64,000 nt of DNA from the human T2T-CHM13v2.0 reference genome, Homo sapiens: the NCBI RefSeq assembly GCF_009914755.1, contig NC_060925.1, one strand, 5' to 3'. A program made the position numbers and the translations under genes. Positions within the stretch are counted from its first letter, which is position 1; every line of letters begins with the position of its first letter. Positions 46,774-62,774 of this stretch are shown one piece after another. The notes under the pieces are model-generated. The model was not told the origin of the DNA, ran no database searches, and was given only the letters and a program-made list of their open reading frames with translations.

Positions 46774-48183
46774 TAACTCACATCTTGTAACTCCTATGCT
46801 CAAAAAAATCTTTACTTACCTACTTATTACTTATAACTGCATGAATGAATGGCCAGATTCCGCAGACAGATGTTGTGCCAAACCTCTATCAATTCCAGTG
46901 GGGATGGCAGCAGGTTCAAAAGGCTGACAAAGACACAGAGCTAGCAAATGAGATATGGGGTTTTACTGGGGGCTTATGCACAGGGGAGAATTCAGTGGCG
47001 GTAGGCTGGAAAGGATAACCCCAGGGTATGCTTAAGTTACTGCTATCAGCTGCATTTACCAAATAACAGAGGGTCAAACGAAATAATTTCTGTAAACCAC
47101 AGTGCTTGGCACAAAAATAAGTATTTAATAAATAGAAGTCAATAGCAAAAAAGTTTTGATAGTGGCTTTTTAAATGAAATGTCCCTTCTTCGCAGTGCTA
47201 TAAATAATACATTGTTCCAAAATTATCCATGGACTTCTGACCAAACTCTGGTCAGTAAATCCATGTTTTACTTTCTGACAACATAAAGCCATTCTCAACA
47301 TTTAATTAGTGGTAATAACAGTCATCTTCATATTTTTCTTACCCACCAGTTCAAGGTCACCTCACATTATGCTCCTCTAAACGCAACCCAATCCTTATTC
47401 AAAATAATGTGACCTTCCTATGATAACAGATCCTGAAGAATATCCGCCCCTTCGTCCTCACCCTTAGCTAGAGCTGTCTGTGTCTTCCAGAAAGAGCTAA
47501 CCTTATTACTGAAAACTAGTTTTGAATAATCTAGATAAAATTAAACTCTTCAAAATATTTTGTCCACCTAAAAAAAGACACAAGAGAAAATTGTCTCTAA
47601 CTGTGTTGGGTTTACTCAAAAATAGAAATAAGGATTATAATCTGGAATGTATGAAATGGCAAGCCATCAGTGCCTTTGGCTTGGGTAGGGTAAGGGAAGC
47701 TATTATTAGCAAAAAATATTTACATAAACTGCTTAGAAACAGTTCCTTATTTCCAAAGGCAGAGTTATTGTCATTTCTTTGGTAGAGATGACATTACTGG
47801 GCAAGTGTTCTTCCAAGATCATCTTATCTGAATTCCTGCAGGCCTAAAGAATGCCTAATGATAAACTATCAAAGTAGGAGATGTATGAAGGACAGAAAGG
47901 GTTTTTAGAAAGTCCTTGGAAACAGTTCTTATCTCAGACATGTAAGCATGAACCTCCTTTTTGGGGGAGGGCCTTCCTGGTCCTATTTTGTCTGAGTATG
48001 ACAAAAGTGATTTCACCCTGGTATCTGCAACTTTCACAATTTTCACCATTTTTTTTCATTATAAAGCCAGTTGGAGGTTATCTGAAGTCATAAAAGCCTA
48101 CTCCAGTGCAAATACATAGAATATAGCTCTTTGGTGGGATAGGATGTGGCCTTCTATTAATTATTTTCAAGTGAGATATTTCT

Positions 48184-48498
<315 letters not shown>

Positions 48499-49656
48499 AT
48501 ATGTCTTTGTTGTAAGAGACTGTCCTTTGCATTGCAGAATATATAAGCATCCCTAATCCTAGCTATGAAATCCCAAAAGCCCTCTTCTTCCCCATAGTGA
48601 TAATAAAAAAATAAAAGAGCAGCAACACATTTCCAAAGTTGTGGCCAGAAGCAAGAATAATGCCTCAATCCACTCTGTAAGGCTTCGATTAGATGGATGA
48701 CTCTGGGTCCTAATGGAACAAAGCATTTTGCTTTCGAAGAAAATAAATGCTAAGATAGAAAAGAACTAGAATACTACCTCTTCCTAGTGAAGAATAGTGC
48801 AGCTTCTTCAAGTTGACACAAAAATTCAAAAGAAGCTTAACTTAAAATAAGTCTAAAAAGGCAGAGGTATGTAGTGAAAAGAGCATTAGATCATCCTGGA
48901 TAAATCACTTATCCTCTCTATTTTTGTTACCAAAACAGTAAAGATAAGGAGTTACAAGCAGAACTGTATATTCTCTGAGTTCCCATCCAAATTCTAAATT
49001 CAGGTTTCTGATGGATAAGAAGAGACAGAAAATAAGCCAGAGTTTCTGGGCGGGCATGGTGACACGTATCTGTGGTCCAGCTATTCCAAGGGGCTGAGGC
49101 GGAGGAATCACTTGAGCCCAGGAGATTGCACCACTGCACTCCAACCTGAGTGACACAGCAAGACTCAGTCAAAAAAAAAAGATTGAGAGGCACTACATTC
49201 AATAAATATTTTGTCAAGCACCTACTATATGGCAGATCCTGTGCTAGGCCCTACTTGTATAAAGTAGCTCCACATTTACTCTAATATATTGTGATTTTCT
49301 AGGTGGGTAATACATGAATAGATGATTGATAGACTGATAATTACCTAATAGATAAATAACCTGATAGACATACAGTTCTCATTGCTTTCCAGATATCTGA
49401 CCTGAGCATACTCTTTGTCCAATACCCAAGAGTGTATGTTTTATGAAGGTGAGTTCAGTTTGTACTTGGATAAGCACACGTACTCTCACAGCTTCAATTA
49501 TCATGTTGATATTAATAAACACCCAATATATAATCACAACACTCACCTTTTATATATTAGTAAATGCAAGTACTGTTTTCCTAACTGCTTTCAAGGCAAT
49601 TGAACATCTTTCCATTCAAAAACTGAATTCACTATATTTTCTCTTCTCTCAACATT

Positions 49657-50397
<741 letters not shown>

Positions 50398-50555
50398 TTT
50401 CTCCTTGTTTATCAATCAGTGGTACCCATTCTCTTCAACACTCAAACTAAAACTAGAAATAATTTTCAATTTTTTATCCTTTTCATAGCTTATAGCTCTG
50501 AGTTTTTCAGCCAGGAGCCACAGCCCATTTATCAGTGGATTGTAAAATCTTTAAT

Positions 50556-51052
50556 GGGTATACCCAAAGGAATTGAGAGCAGAGTCTCAAAGAAAGATTT
50601 GTACACCCATGTTCATAGCAGCATTATTCACAGTAGCTAAAACATGAAGGCAGCCAAGCGTCTAATAGATAAATAACTAAAATATAGTAAATATATACAA
50701 TGAAACATTAGCCTTAAAAAAGAAATTCTGACATACGCTACGACATGAATGAGCCTTAAAGATAGTCACAGAAAGACAAATACTGTATGACTCCACTTAT
50801 ATAAGGTTGTTAGAGGAGTCAAAACCATAAAGTAGAACAGTGGTTCCCTGAGGCTGGGGGTACAGAGAAATAAGAAATTATTGTTTAACGGATAGTTTCA
50901 GTTTTACAAGATGGAAAGAGTTCTGGAAATGGATGGTGGTGATGGTTACACAATATCATGAATGTATTGAACATCGCTGAACTATACACTTAAAAAATGG
51001 TTAGGATGGTAAATGTTATGTTATGTGGATTTTACCACAATTTAAAAAAAAA
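50556..51052 (+). mobile_element. L1MB-type 3' end
   Basis: gtacacccatgttcatagcagcattattcaca..gttctggaaatggatggtggtgatggtt..ttttaccacaat plus A tail. TSD-like aaatctttaatg/aaatctttagtg. Confidence 0.8.
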
Positions 51053-52249
51053 TCTTTAGTGAATCACCACCAAAAACATTTTAGTAAAATAGAAAAGAAA
51101 ATGTCAGAGTACATTATATATGATAAGGATAAATAAATGTTGTTTCGTAAACTTTTTCTAATTGTATCTGTGAGTAGATATGTCCTAGTTTATGAAATAA
51201 ACTGGGTGACAGTCCAAAATCTTGAAACAAACTGCTTTTAATATCTCATCAAGTCAATTATCAATCAGTTTCTTCTTTCTCAATACTCACACGCAGGTGT
51301 TTTCCCCACTTATTTATTCTAAGCAGGGCAATGTGGTGCTGTGGAATCAGATGACCCAGGATTTGAAGATAAACTCCACCCCTAACTTTGTGATCTGGGG
51401 GTCTCTGAACCTGTTTCCTCATAGTAAAATGAATATGATATTACTCTCCTCATAATGCTGCTCTGAGGATTAATTGAGATAATAAATGTAAAGTGCTTAG
51501 TTCAATGCCTGAAGATAAAAATTGAGAAAAGGTATGCACTATAATTATCTATGCTCTAAATCTTTAGACTATAGCAGTAACTTTCTAACTAATCTAACTT
51601 CATCTCTCATCGCTCCCATCAATCCTGTCCACAATGGCCCAACCTCAGTTTAATCTTCCTAAAAGATTCCTTTTATCAATAATGTACTGTGATTTACCAT
51701 GGTTTATACAGTGATATCTGTACTCTTTCTGACATTCACAGCACTCCACGGTCACACTTTGAGCATTCTTATTGCTTTTCCAGCTGGTACAGCTAACTCA
51801 GTCTATTAAACACTCATTCCCATCTTTTCACCTTTGTTCATGCTGTTCCCTTATCTCCTTTCTTTTCTTTTTTTCAACTATCCAGACATTGTTGAGAATC
51901 TCCTTTCTTTCCACCTATTTAATACCAGACATTCTTCAAGGTTTAGCAAAAAGTCGCAATTTATCTATGGAACTTTTCTGACAATTTGAACTAATATTAG
52001 TTCTGCCATCTAAAAAATGACTTCATGGTCAGGTAAAAAGATCATGCTTTCTGAAATCAAATTCACTTAGCTTGAAATCCCAGCTCTGCTCATTAATAGC
52101 TGGTTGACTTCAGGCAAGTTTCTTAACCCCCTAATTTTACTTTATTCACTTGTATAAAAAAGATGATACATAAGTGGGGTTGTTGTGATTATATTATAAC
52201 AGAATATTTCCTCACACTAGCATGGGAGTGATCTCGAAGACTTCCTTAT

Positions 52250-52291
52250 AACACAATCTTTAATGTCTTAAACACAATCTTTAATGTCTTA
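52250..52291. repeat. 21-bp tandem duplication aacacaatctttaatgtctta
   Basis: Two adjacent identical copies. Confidence 0.85.
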
Positions 52292-53275
52292 CATCAAAGT
52301 GAGAAAACACACATTACATAAGCTGCCATTCCCACACTTGAGCAGTCATCATTAATTACTTGCAATGCCCTTCACTACTGACCCCAGAGATGGTGTCAGA
52401 ACTCTTCTCAATCCATTATACCAAGCAGTCAATAACAATGGATGAAAATTCAGTCACTCTAAGCAATCAGTGGGGCAGTGATTACTCTCTCTAATCTGTC
52501 ATTACTTTCAACTTCCCTTTTTAGAAACTGAAAAAATAGATGTTAAATAGAAGGCCTTACCTTAATTTAAGTGGCAGAAAGATAGAAAGCTTCATCTTTT
52601 GTTTTTTACCTCTCTTCAAATTCTATTTGAATATCAGCTCATTTTAAGGCCAGATTTATTGACTATAATGAAAGGATGGCAGACATTTTTTATCCTCTTT
52701 AATTATGTAATTTTCTTTTGTGGCATTTTAATTAAGTACAAGACAATATTAATGCTTTGTGATTATGTGCCACAGAGATGGTAACACTGATCAAAGTAAA
52801 AATATTAAAAGGTTGACTCAGCTCTGCCGAATAATAAAATCTCTGTCAATTACCTATAGACATAACATAAAATCAAAAGTTGTGATAATGATCAGTAGCC
52901 TTTACTGTTTCCTATCAGTTAGGGTTATACTACATTCACATTTCTGTCATTTCTCTTATTAAATCTATGAAACTAGTAAAACAAATAAGAAATAAAAATT
53001 CAAGGAAAAGAGTAAAATAGCACTTAGATCTATTCAGCAATAACCTAATTTTTATTTACCAAATTTTGACAATAAAAAGTTAGCATTTACTATAGAATTT
53101 TTGCTTTAGCAGCTCTTGAGCTACGTGACCTATTCAAAATGTCATTTATTTACAAGATGGCTCAGGTTCCGATCAGTTAAGTGACAACCTTTAATATATA
53201 CAAAAGTAGTCTCAATACTGAAAGAAACAGTACTCTCCACAAGCAGATTGAGAATCAATCTAATGATTGAGTTAA

Positions 53276-53618
<343 letters not shown>

Positions 53619-54645
53619 AAAAGTCAGTTTACTATGCACAAAATATTATATAGTCAGGGTAACATTTATCATGAAAGCTGGTAGCTTATCTAACCATTTT
53701 TGCAAGAATCGTTTTTCTCCATTGGGTAAATTTTCAAAGTTGTAGGATTTAAAATTTAACAAATATAAAGCGTAAAGATAAATAAGACAAAGTCCACCTT
53801 TCAGGAGCTCCTAGTTTAGCAGGACAGACGGACAGAAATCTAATTAAATAATCAGTGTAAATGGTGTGCCACTTGCTGTGGAAGATTGTATAGTAGGAAC
53901 GTATGGAAGCTGAGAAAGCAACTCCCAGCTGCTTGCATGAGTCTGCACAGAGAAGAAAACACAAGATGGGTGTCTCCAAGCAGACTAGCAGGACAAGGGC
54001 ATCCTAGACAGGAAAAATGAAACAACAAACACCAGTTATTTCACAGAGGTATAAACAGCATCATGCATTTTGGGAATGGGAAATAATCCTAGAACATGAG
54101 TGAGTCATAAGCAACATGAGTCCTACCCTTCAGCACACGAGAGGAAGCAGAAGTTTGTCTATCCTATAGTGTCCCAAAGTTGAATGTAGGAGTAAAAGCC
54201 TTTAAAAGTTCCATGAAAACTGAGAGCAGATACCAAACGTAGTATCCTGACAAGGCAGCAATATCAAAACAAAAAGAGCAAATCTAAATTTGGTCATTAA
54301 TCAAAGCAACCATTGGGAAAACATGCGTGGAAATAAGTGGCCAAAATAAGGAATCCTGACAACCAAGAATAGCAGGAGAAAGCAATAATGGAACAGGATA
54401 GAAGTGGTGGTCCAGATGCATTCTGGAATGGCACACACAAGTCTTCAGTGACTTTTTATGCAACAGTGGGCTGGCCATAAATCAATCAAAACCTCCTAAT
54501 AAGATAAAATAGAATAAACAATAAATAAAAAATTTTAAAAATTAGAAAATAATTTTTTGAAGATAAAATGGAAATAACACCACCCACTCTGCAAAATTCT
54601 CAGATTCTCCTAAAATGTTCAGTGCAATTTTTTTTGTCTTCTGCC

Positions 54646-54941
54646 TTTTTTTTTTTTTTTAAAGACAGGGTCTCGCTCTGTCACCCAGGCTGGAGTGCAG
54701 TGGTGCGATCATAGCTCACTGCAACCTCGCTTCCCAGACTCAAGCCATCCTCCTGCCTCAGTCTCCTGAGTAGCTGGGACTACAGACGTGTGCCACCGCA
54801 CCCAGTTAACTTCTGTATTTTTAATAGAGATGGGATTTTGCCATGTTGGCCAGGCTGGTCTCAAATTTCTGGGCTCAAGTGATCCAACCGCTCAGCCTCC
54901 CAAAGTGCTGGGATTACAGGCATGAGCCACAATGCCTGGCC
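54646..54941 (-). mobile_element. AluJ/Sx
   Basis: Antisense full Alu. Confidence 0.85.
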
Positions 54942-55699
54942 TTTAAATTATTTTTTAATTAGACGAGTACTATAGCTACACAATTTTATTGTAAAAATTG
55001 AAACAGAGTAAATTTAAAATGTAATTTGATACCACCCAATCCCAAATTTTTTCCAAAAAAACAATTATTGTTATCAGTGTCCTACCTCCTAAGCATTTGT
55101 GTTTTATGTACTTGCAAAAACATATGGCTTTGGTTTTGTAACATAAGTAGCATCATTCTCTGCATGTGACTCTTTTCATATTTTTTTCATGTAGTGATAT
55201 ATTGTCAAAGAATAACTCAGAGACCTTTAATTATTTTGCATGCTTTTTATTTCTTACATGAGGAAGGTAGACATTAGACTGTCAAGGGACAAAGGCAAAA
55301 AACAGGACTTATAAGAAAAATGGGAAAGCAAATAAACCTGTAGGCAGTCTGGGAATAGTGCACCCTTTTCTCCATTTTTGGTGTAAGCTCTTTCACCAGC
55401 AGCTAGCTAAAAGACCACTCCAGACAGTCTGCCATTGAATAGGCTGGCTAGGGAAAATGGAGAAAATAATTTCTGTAGTTTATGGATTCTCCCAAAAACC
55501 TTGAGAGTCCTTGAAGAATTTACAGGAGCAGCTGTTTCTCTGTGATGTCTGCTGTGTCTGTCCGTTGTCTCCCCACCCCTACCCACTCTCCGAGAACTAC
55601 TTCTGCACCATTTCCTGCATCCCAATTTCTTCATCTGCCCTAATGCTCAGCGCCACCAAGGTCAGGAACCTTGGGTTCTCTTTGATTCCTCCTTCTAGG

Positions 55700-56074
55700 C
55701 TGCCCATTAGGGACTATATATTTGTGATCTGCCAAAATTCATATGTCGAAAACCTAACTCCCAGTGGGATGGTATTATGAGGTAGAGGCTTTGTGAGGTA
55801 ATTAGGTTTAGATAAGGTCTTGAGGGTAGAGCCCCCAAGATGGGATTAGTGCCCTTACAAGAAGAGAAAGAGATGAGAGCTGTTCTATCTTGGCCATGTG
55901 ATGATATGAGAAGGTGGCTGTCTACAAGCCAGGAAGCACTCCCTCACTAGACACTGAATCTGATAGCACCTTCATCTTGGACTTCCCAGACTCCAGGACT
56001 GTGACCAATAAATGTTTCTTATTTAAGCCATTTAGCCTATGGTATTGTTACAGCAGCCTAAACTGATGGAGACA
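55700..56074 (+). mobile_element. MLT1A-type MaLR LTR
   Basis: caaaattcatatgtcgaaaacctaactcccagt..gggattagtgccctta..ttggacttcccagactccaggactgtg..ggtattgttacagcagcc. Confidence 0.8.
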
Positions 56075-57060
56075 GCCCCATTAGCTAAAATATCTTCACA
56101 CCTATTCTCTTAAATATTTCTCTAATCTTTCCTCTCCTAGTTAGGTTTTCATCATTACTTGCCTAAAGAATTATAATAGTATCCTAATTAGTTTTCCTGC
56201 TTCTCAATTTTTTCCCCTTCAAATCCATCCTCTATCCAGCTGTCAGATCTACTCACCTAGAAATTGAAATAAGACTATACCACTCATCAGCTTAAAATCT
56301 TTAATAGGTCCCAGGGGCCTAATGAACAAATTAAAACCTTGTTAAAATGGCAAAGCCTTCCAAGAACTGGGTCTCCAATCTCATCTCTCCCCAGTCCCTG
56401 CCTCACATTTTATGCTCCAGTAACACTCAACTGCTTATAATCCATGGCACATCTTGTGCTATTTCTTAATCCAATGCCTCTCCTAATACCATCCCCTTTG
56501 CCTGGAATTCAGACTCTCACCCATCCTTCCCTGGCAGTGAAAGAGCCCAAATCAACTGTTAAAATAGTCACTCACATTTACTAAGCTCTTTTCAGAAATT
56601 GGTATTGTTGTACAGGGTTTTCTGATCACTCACTCCTTCTGTTCCTTCAATTCTTTTTTCCTGATGGAAATCTTTCTTCAAAGAAAAAAGGCAAAAAAAA
56701 ATTCTGTAAGAGCCTATAAATATTGAAAATATTGGAATTATCTAAAAGCTCTCAGCCCATGTCTAGGAGAACTTGAAGGACTGAGTGTCACAGACAGTGT
56801 TCTCAAACTTGATCTTACAGAGCATCACCAGGATGGATTCAGTACCCAGGGTGCATGCATGAAGATGGGACTGAGGTAAGCAGTAGGGAAAGGTGGAAAA
56901 AAATGAGGAAGAGAGACTAGAAACGAGTGATAACTCCAAAATGCTCATCCAATGCTAGCTCTGGGTGGACTGGGAGGCAACCTGAGAGGAAATAAATAAT
57001 GTTTCCCAACATTCTCTGGGCTACACGAGTGTGCCTCAACACTGGCTAGTATTAAGATTG

Positions 57061-57110
57061 TTTTCTTTTTTTTTAATTTTAGTATTATTATACTTTAAGT
57101 TTTAGGGTAC
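57061..57110 (-). mobile_element. Ultra-short L1PA 3' terminus insertion
   Basis: Poly-T followed by tattattatactttaagttttagggtac. TSD-like attaagattg/attaacaatg. Confidence 0.7.
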
Positions 57111-57625
57111 ATTAACAATGACAGCTGCAACCCTTCCAGACATCGCAGGGCATTCAGAGGATTACATGCCTATTGTCACATAGATTCAATGCATCAAATT
57201 GCTCATTTGCCACTGCAGCAGCAAAGCCAACTACATTCTTGTGTCCTTAACCTATAATTTTACATATAGCACCTCCTTGTATAACCAAGATATGTGTGGA
57301 TCATTTGTACCCACCTCCTGCACTTTACTTCCTAACTTCTGCCTTTGAGATGCCATAGGATTTTGTTCTACCCCTTTTCACATAAAAAAGACTAGTTAGC
57401 CAGGCTTTCAGGCTCATGCTTTCCATTTATCTTCATCTATTCATTCCTCATTTATTCCATCTCCCTTGCACTTTTGGCACTAGGAATGAACTCCTCTTTC
57501 TCTTTTGTCAAATCCTTTGTCATCCTCCAAAAGGTCATAAAATAAAAAGATTCTGAGGTTGGAGGTCATCAAACTCATTAACAGAAGATGGGAAAACATG
57601 GCCCAGTGGAGGAAAGTATGGAGAA

Positions 57626-58442
57626 GTTTTGTTTTGCTTTAAGAGACAGGGTCTCACTCTGTCAGCCAGGCTGGAGTGTGCAGCATGATCATAGCTCACT
57701 ACAGCCTCAAACTCCTGAGCTCAAGGGATCCTCCCACTTCAGCCTCCTGAGTAGCTGGGACTACAGGCATGCAGGCATGTGCCACTGTTACCAGATGGAA
57801 GGTCTTGCCTGTGAGTTGTCTTGTCCAGGTTCTTGGCGTGTTGAACAAATAATTGAATAAAGTGAACACAGCAACAAAAGAAGTAATGAAGATGAACAAA
57901 ATAACAAAAGAATGGAGTAATGATGGCACAGATTTATCGAAGAAGCAATAGTACAATTCACAGAGTGGAAGCAGGCTCAAGCGAGCAGCTCCAGAGCAAC
58001 CCCCCTCCGGTTGCAATGGTCCCCAGGGTTTTTATAAAGCCCTTGGTGCCCTTTAGAACCCTTCCATTGGTTACACCCTATGAAGGACTGGCCTGCGACC
58101 AACCAGAGGCTGAAGTGGAGACTTGGCCTGCAGTCAATCAGAAGCTGAAGTGGAAACTTCTGTCTTCTTATCACAGGAGTGCTGATGTGGCCTGTATACT
58201 GCCTAATCTTGCCTAGAACTGTCTGCACCTGCTGTTCCTTTGCTTCTGCCTTAACCCTTGGTTACCCTAATTCCCTATTCTCCTGCCTCACTCCCATGCC
58301 CAACTGATTTATTTTTATTTTTTTAGAGACAGGGTCTTGCTATGTTGCCCAGGCTGGTCTTGAACTCCTGGCCTCAAGTAATTCTCCTGCCTCAGCCTCT
58401 CAAAGCACTGGGATTACAGCCATTGAGCCATCGCACCCAGCC
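57626..58442 (-). mobile_element. AluJ split by an ERV1 solo LTR (MER51/MER61 group, 57786-58290, minus)
   Basis: The Alu right arm breaks at tgtgccac and resumes at catgcccaac. The insert begins tgaggcaggagaataggg on the minus strand and ends ..ggtaaca. Confidence 0.8.
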
Positions 58443-59029
58443 AAGAAGATTTTATGAATCCCTGTAGCTTACTCCATCTATCTAACCACCTCAACACATA
58501 CACACGCTCCACCTTCTCTCAGCAAATTAGATGAAATTAATGTTAGGCAGGGGTCCACTCCTTCAACTATCTACCTCCACCCCTACAAGTTATTTATATC
58601 ACATCTAGTTTGTAAGAAAAAGATGTCCCCACTGCAGTTTGAGACCAACTTTTGCATCTATTTTCTTGCTATGATGACATAGTTGTTCCATCTACCTCTT
58701 CTGTCTATTCTTGGGGAACCTGAGCACCAATCAAACTAAACTGCTTTCAATTCCCCAAATGTGCAAGCTCTATCATGCATTGGTACTTTTGTTCACACTG
58801 CTCCCCTTCCTTCAATGACACTCTCCAAACCCCCACATTGAATGCTGTTGAACCCGTGAGTCAGGACCCAATTCAAAAATCATCTTCTCTATAAAGTCTT
58901 CCATGAAACTTACAGTAGGATCAGCCATTCCTCCCTTGTTTCCCACCACATTCTGTGCACTCTCCATCCTGTCATCTATTACTTTTTCCTGCACTTATTG
59001 TTTTACATGTCTCCTCCCATTGTTCTTTA

Positions 59030-59174
59030 TATTTTTTTAATTTTTTAAAGAAATTAATAGAGACAGGATCTCACTATGTTGCCCAGGCTGGTCTCGAACT
59101 CCTGACTCAAGTGATCCTCCCATCTTAGCCTCTCAAAGTGCTAGTATTACAGATGTGAGCCACCATGACCAGCC
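59030..59174 (-). mobile_element. FLAM_C
   Basis: Alu monomer within L2-like sequence. Confidence 0.75.
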
Positions 59175-59434
59175 CCATTATTTTTTAAAATGCAGAACGT
59201 TTTTATATTGCCTTTATTTGCTTTTGTATTGATAGCAGTGTCTAGCACATAGTAGGCATTTAAATGCCTGTTGCATCAATGAATGATGAAACAGAAGAAT
59301 ATCCTTTACCAAAACAATACATATATGATTTTTAAAAAGAGATAGAAGAATAGCACTTGACCTGTATGAACCTCACATTTTCCACAAACATCCTTCCAGT
59401 CCCAAGGTTCGGGAGCATAATAAGCAGCACCTGA

Positions 59435-59716
59435 GGTGGGGCCCAGTGGCTCATGCCTATAATCTCAGCACTTTGGGAGACTGAGGAGGGGAACCGCTTG
59501 AGGTCAGAGGTTTGAGACCAGCCTGGACAACATAGCAAGACCCTGACCCTGTCTCTACAAAAAAAAAAAAACAAATTAACCAACGTGGTGGTGCATGCCT
59601 GTAGTCCTAACACGGTAGAGGGATCACTTGAGACCAAAAGTTTGAGGTTGCAGTGAGCTACGATCGCCACTGTATGCCAGCCTGGTTGACAGAGCGAGAT
59701 CCTGTCTCGAAAAAAG
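59435..59716 (+). mobile_element. AluJ with internal deletion
   Basis: Diverged Alu dimer. Confidence 0.75.
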
Positions 59717-60014
59717 TAGTTGAGGGATAAAAGGAAGTAGAAATAAAAGCAACTGATATTGTGGGAATTAGACAAGCCAGTCACACAAATGACATGAATG
59801 GCATGTTCCTAATAAAAGTAACAAATGCGGCATAAGACTATGACATTGTGCCTGGCCACATCCACACATATGACTTGTATAAGATGAGGATGAAATGATT
59901 CCTCAGGAGACTAAAAATTCAGACTTGCTATTTTACTTTGCCTTGTTTTACGTTGATAAACAATCAGGATCTAATGATCTGATTTTTCTATTTCTTGGCA
60001 AATCTAGTTTGGCA

Positions 60015-60319
60015 TTTTTTTTTTTTTTTTTTTGAGACAGGGTCTCACTCTGTTTCCAGGCTGGAGTGCAGTGGTTCAATCACAGCTCACTTGCAGCCTC
60101 AATCTCCAAAGCTTAAGCGATCCTCCCACCTCAGCCACCCAAGTAGCTGGGACTTAGGCGCACACCACCATGCCCGACTAATTTTTTATTATTATTATTT
60201 GTAGAGATGAGGTCTTGCTATGTTGCCCAGGCTGGTCCTGAACTCCTGGGCTCAAGCAATCCACCTGCCTCAGCCTCCCAAAGTGCTAGGATTATAGGTG
60301 TGAGCCACTGCATTCAGCC
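60015..60319 (-). mobile_element. AluJ
   Basis: TSD aaatctagtttggc. Confidence 0.88.
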
Positions 60320-60870
60320 TAAATCTAGTTTGGCTTCTAGCACACTAAAAATCAGAGTTTCTTTAATATTCCAATCCTGGCCTGGTTTTGTTTCTCCTTC
60401 TTTCACCACTCACCTGACACTCTCACTCCAGTCTCTTCCCTGTCATCAGCCAACAGCAGGGTTGAGTACTGATCACACCAGTTATCTAGGTGCTTAGGAA
60501 CGCTGTTTGGTAACCAAACACTTTCAGCTGCCTTCTCTAGGTCTAAACAGCTAACAGACTGTTTTTTGCTGTCCCCAAAGGGCCAAGTTTGCTCTTCTCT
60601 GGCCTCTAATGAGGTATTTTAAGATGCTGGCAATAATTCTCTAAAAACAGAGCATTGGATAAATTCTTGATTTGAATTACTGATAACTTTACCCCACCGA
60701 GGGCAAGGGAAGCAACAACCAGTGCTATTTCTTTTAACCCTGATCAACATGAAATTTGGTGAATACAGAAAGAAAACTTGAGAAAAATAGACCATGTTTT
60801 TCTCAAGACCACGTTATGTTAAAATTTTTAGCCAAGGAAGAGGCCACATTTCTTTTTCTGTTTCTTTGTT

Positions 60871-61028
60871 CAGTCTCCATATAGACTGTCAAATTCGAAA
60901 ATTGCCAATGCCGACTCTATTTTTAGTTGTCATGAAGGGATATTGGGAAAAGTTTTCAGTTAGCAATAATCACACCTTTGATAAACCTCACTGGCTACGA
61001 TACTATGATACTGCCCCTGCACAAAACT
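60871..61028 (-). pseudogene. Full-length retroposed U4 snRNA pseudogene
   Basis: Minus strand AGTTTTGTGCAGGGGCAGTATC...TGAAAACTTTTCCCAATA...GTCGGCATTGGCAATTTT...GACAGTCTATATGGAGACTG aligns end to end with U4. A-rich tail at 60852-60870. TSD agaggccacattt (60839-60851) / agagatcacattt (61029-61041). Confidence 0.95.
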
Positions 61029-61266
61029 AGAGATCACATTTATCACATTTTTCTTTTCTTTTCTTTTCTTTCTTTCTTTTTTTAAACAGATAAACTATTT
61101 TATTCTAAGAGAATATTTCTGTGGTTTCTGCAAGGGGAAAACCCAAAAGTGGTTGAAAACCACAAAAGAACCGAAAGAATGATTTTGATATTTCTCTTTT
61201 TGTTTTCTTGATGTTTTCTCCTCCCCTGGAGAAAAAAAAGTAATTTTACAAAATTTTAGGAGATAA

Positions 61267-61561
<295 letters not shown>

Positions 61562-62349
61562 AGTTTTAGTAAAATTCAAAAAGCAAAAAATTAGACATAC
61601 ACATCAAAAGCTACATTTATGAGGAATGACCAATAATTAATCAATATTTTCTTTTATGAATAAATTTAGGGTTCTGGGCTACTCTGTGGACTAACATGCA
61701 AATGAAATCCCCATACAGTCATTTATCAGGGTATTGGTTGTTCTCAGCTAAAAGATACTGATCTGTTTTTCTTTCTGGTACTTTATTGCAATGTTTACTA
61801 TGCTAACAATATTTGTTTTTTCATACAACTACAGAAGGGGAAAATGTTAGTGTTTAGACAAACCATAAAATTCATATAGTGGGGACTATTTCACTTGATG
61901 TTTCTGGACAGTTTCTTGGCAGACTTATCAGACAATCCAATTATTTGTTCTCCATATCAAACAAGGTATGGAAGTAAGAAGTTTTCCAGTCAGAAATGAC
62001 AAATAGATGGAATTAATTACATAGAACTGGGGCGGATTTACTTCTTTCATTCAGTTTATGGTAACAAAAATGAGATTTGTTATAGGCAAAGACAGAACCA
62101 TCAAGTACACAATGTCCGAAGGCCTTTTTCATTTTTATTTTACTTAAATGCCTTTCATCTGTCAAAAAAAAAATTAACCCCTGCCACCCCCACCTAAAAA
62201 ATGGGACATCCTGAAAAGTCTTTCAAACTTAAAATTTCTAAGAGGCTTTTTGATATCTCTAAATTTTGTCATAGGGTCAAATTAACCTCTGCTAAAGCAG
62301 TTCTGTGATTGGCCAACATCATAAAAGCTTTAATTCAAAATTTTGTGGG

Positions 62350-62722
<373 letters not shown>

Positions 62723-62774
62723 TTAATTATATCTTTATTCTACTTTTAAAGGGCGTATTTTAAAATGTTTTGGC

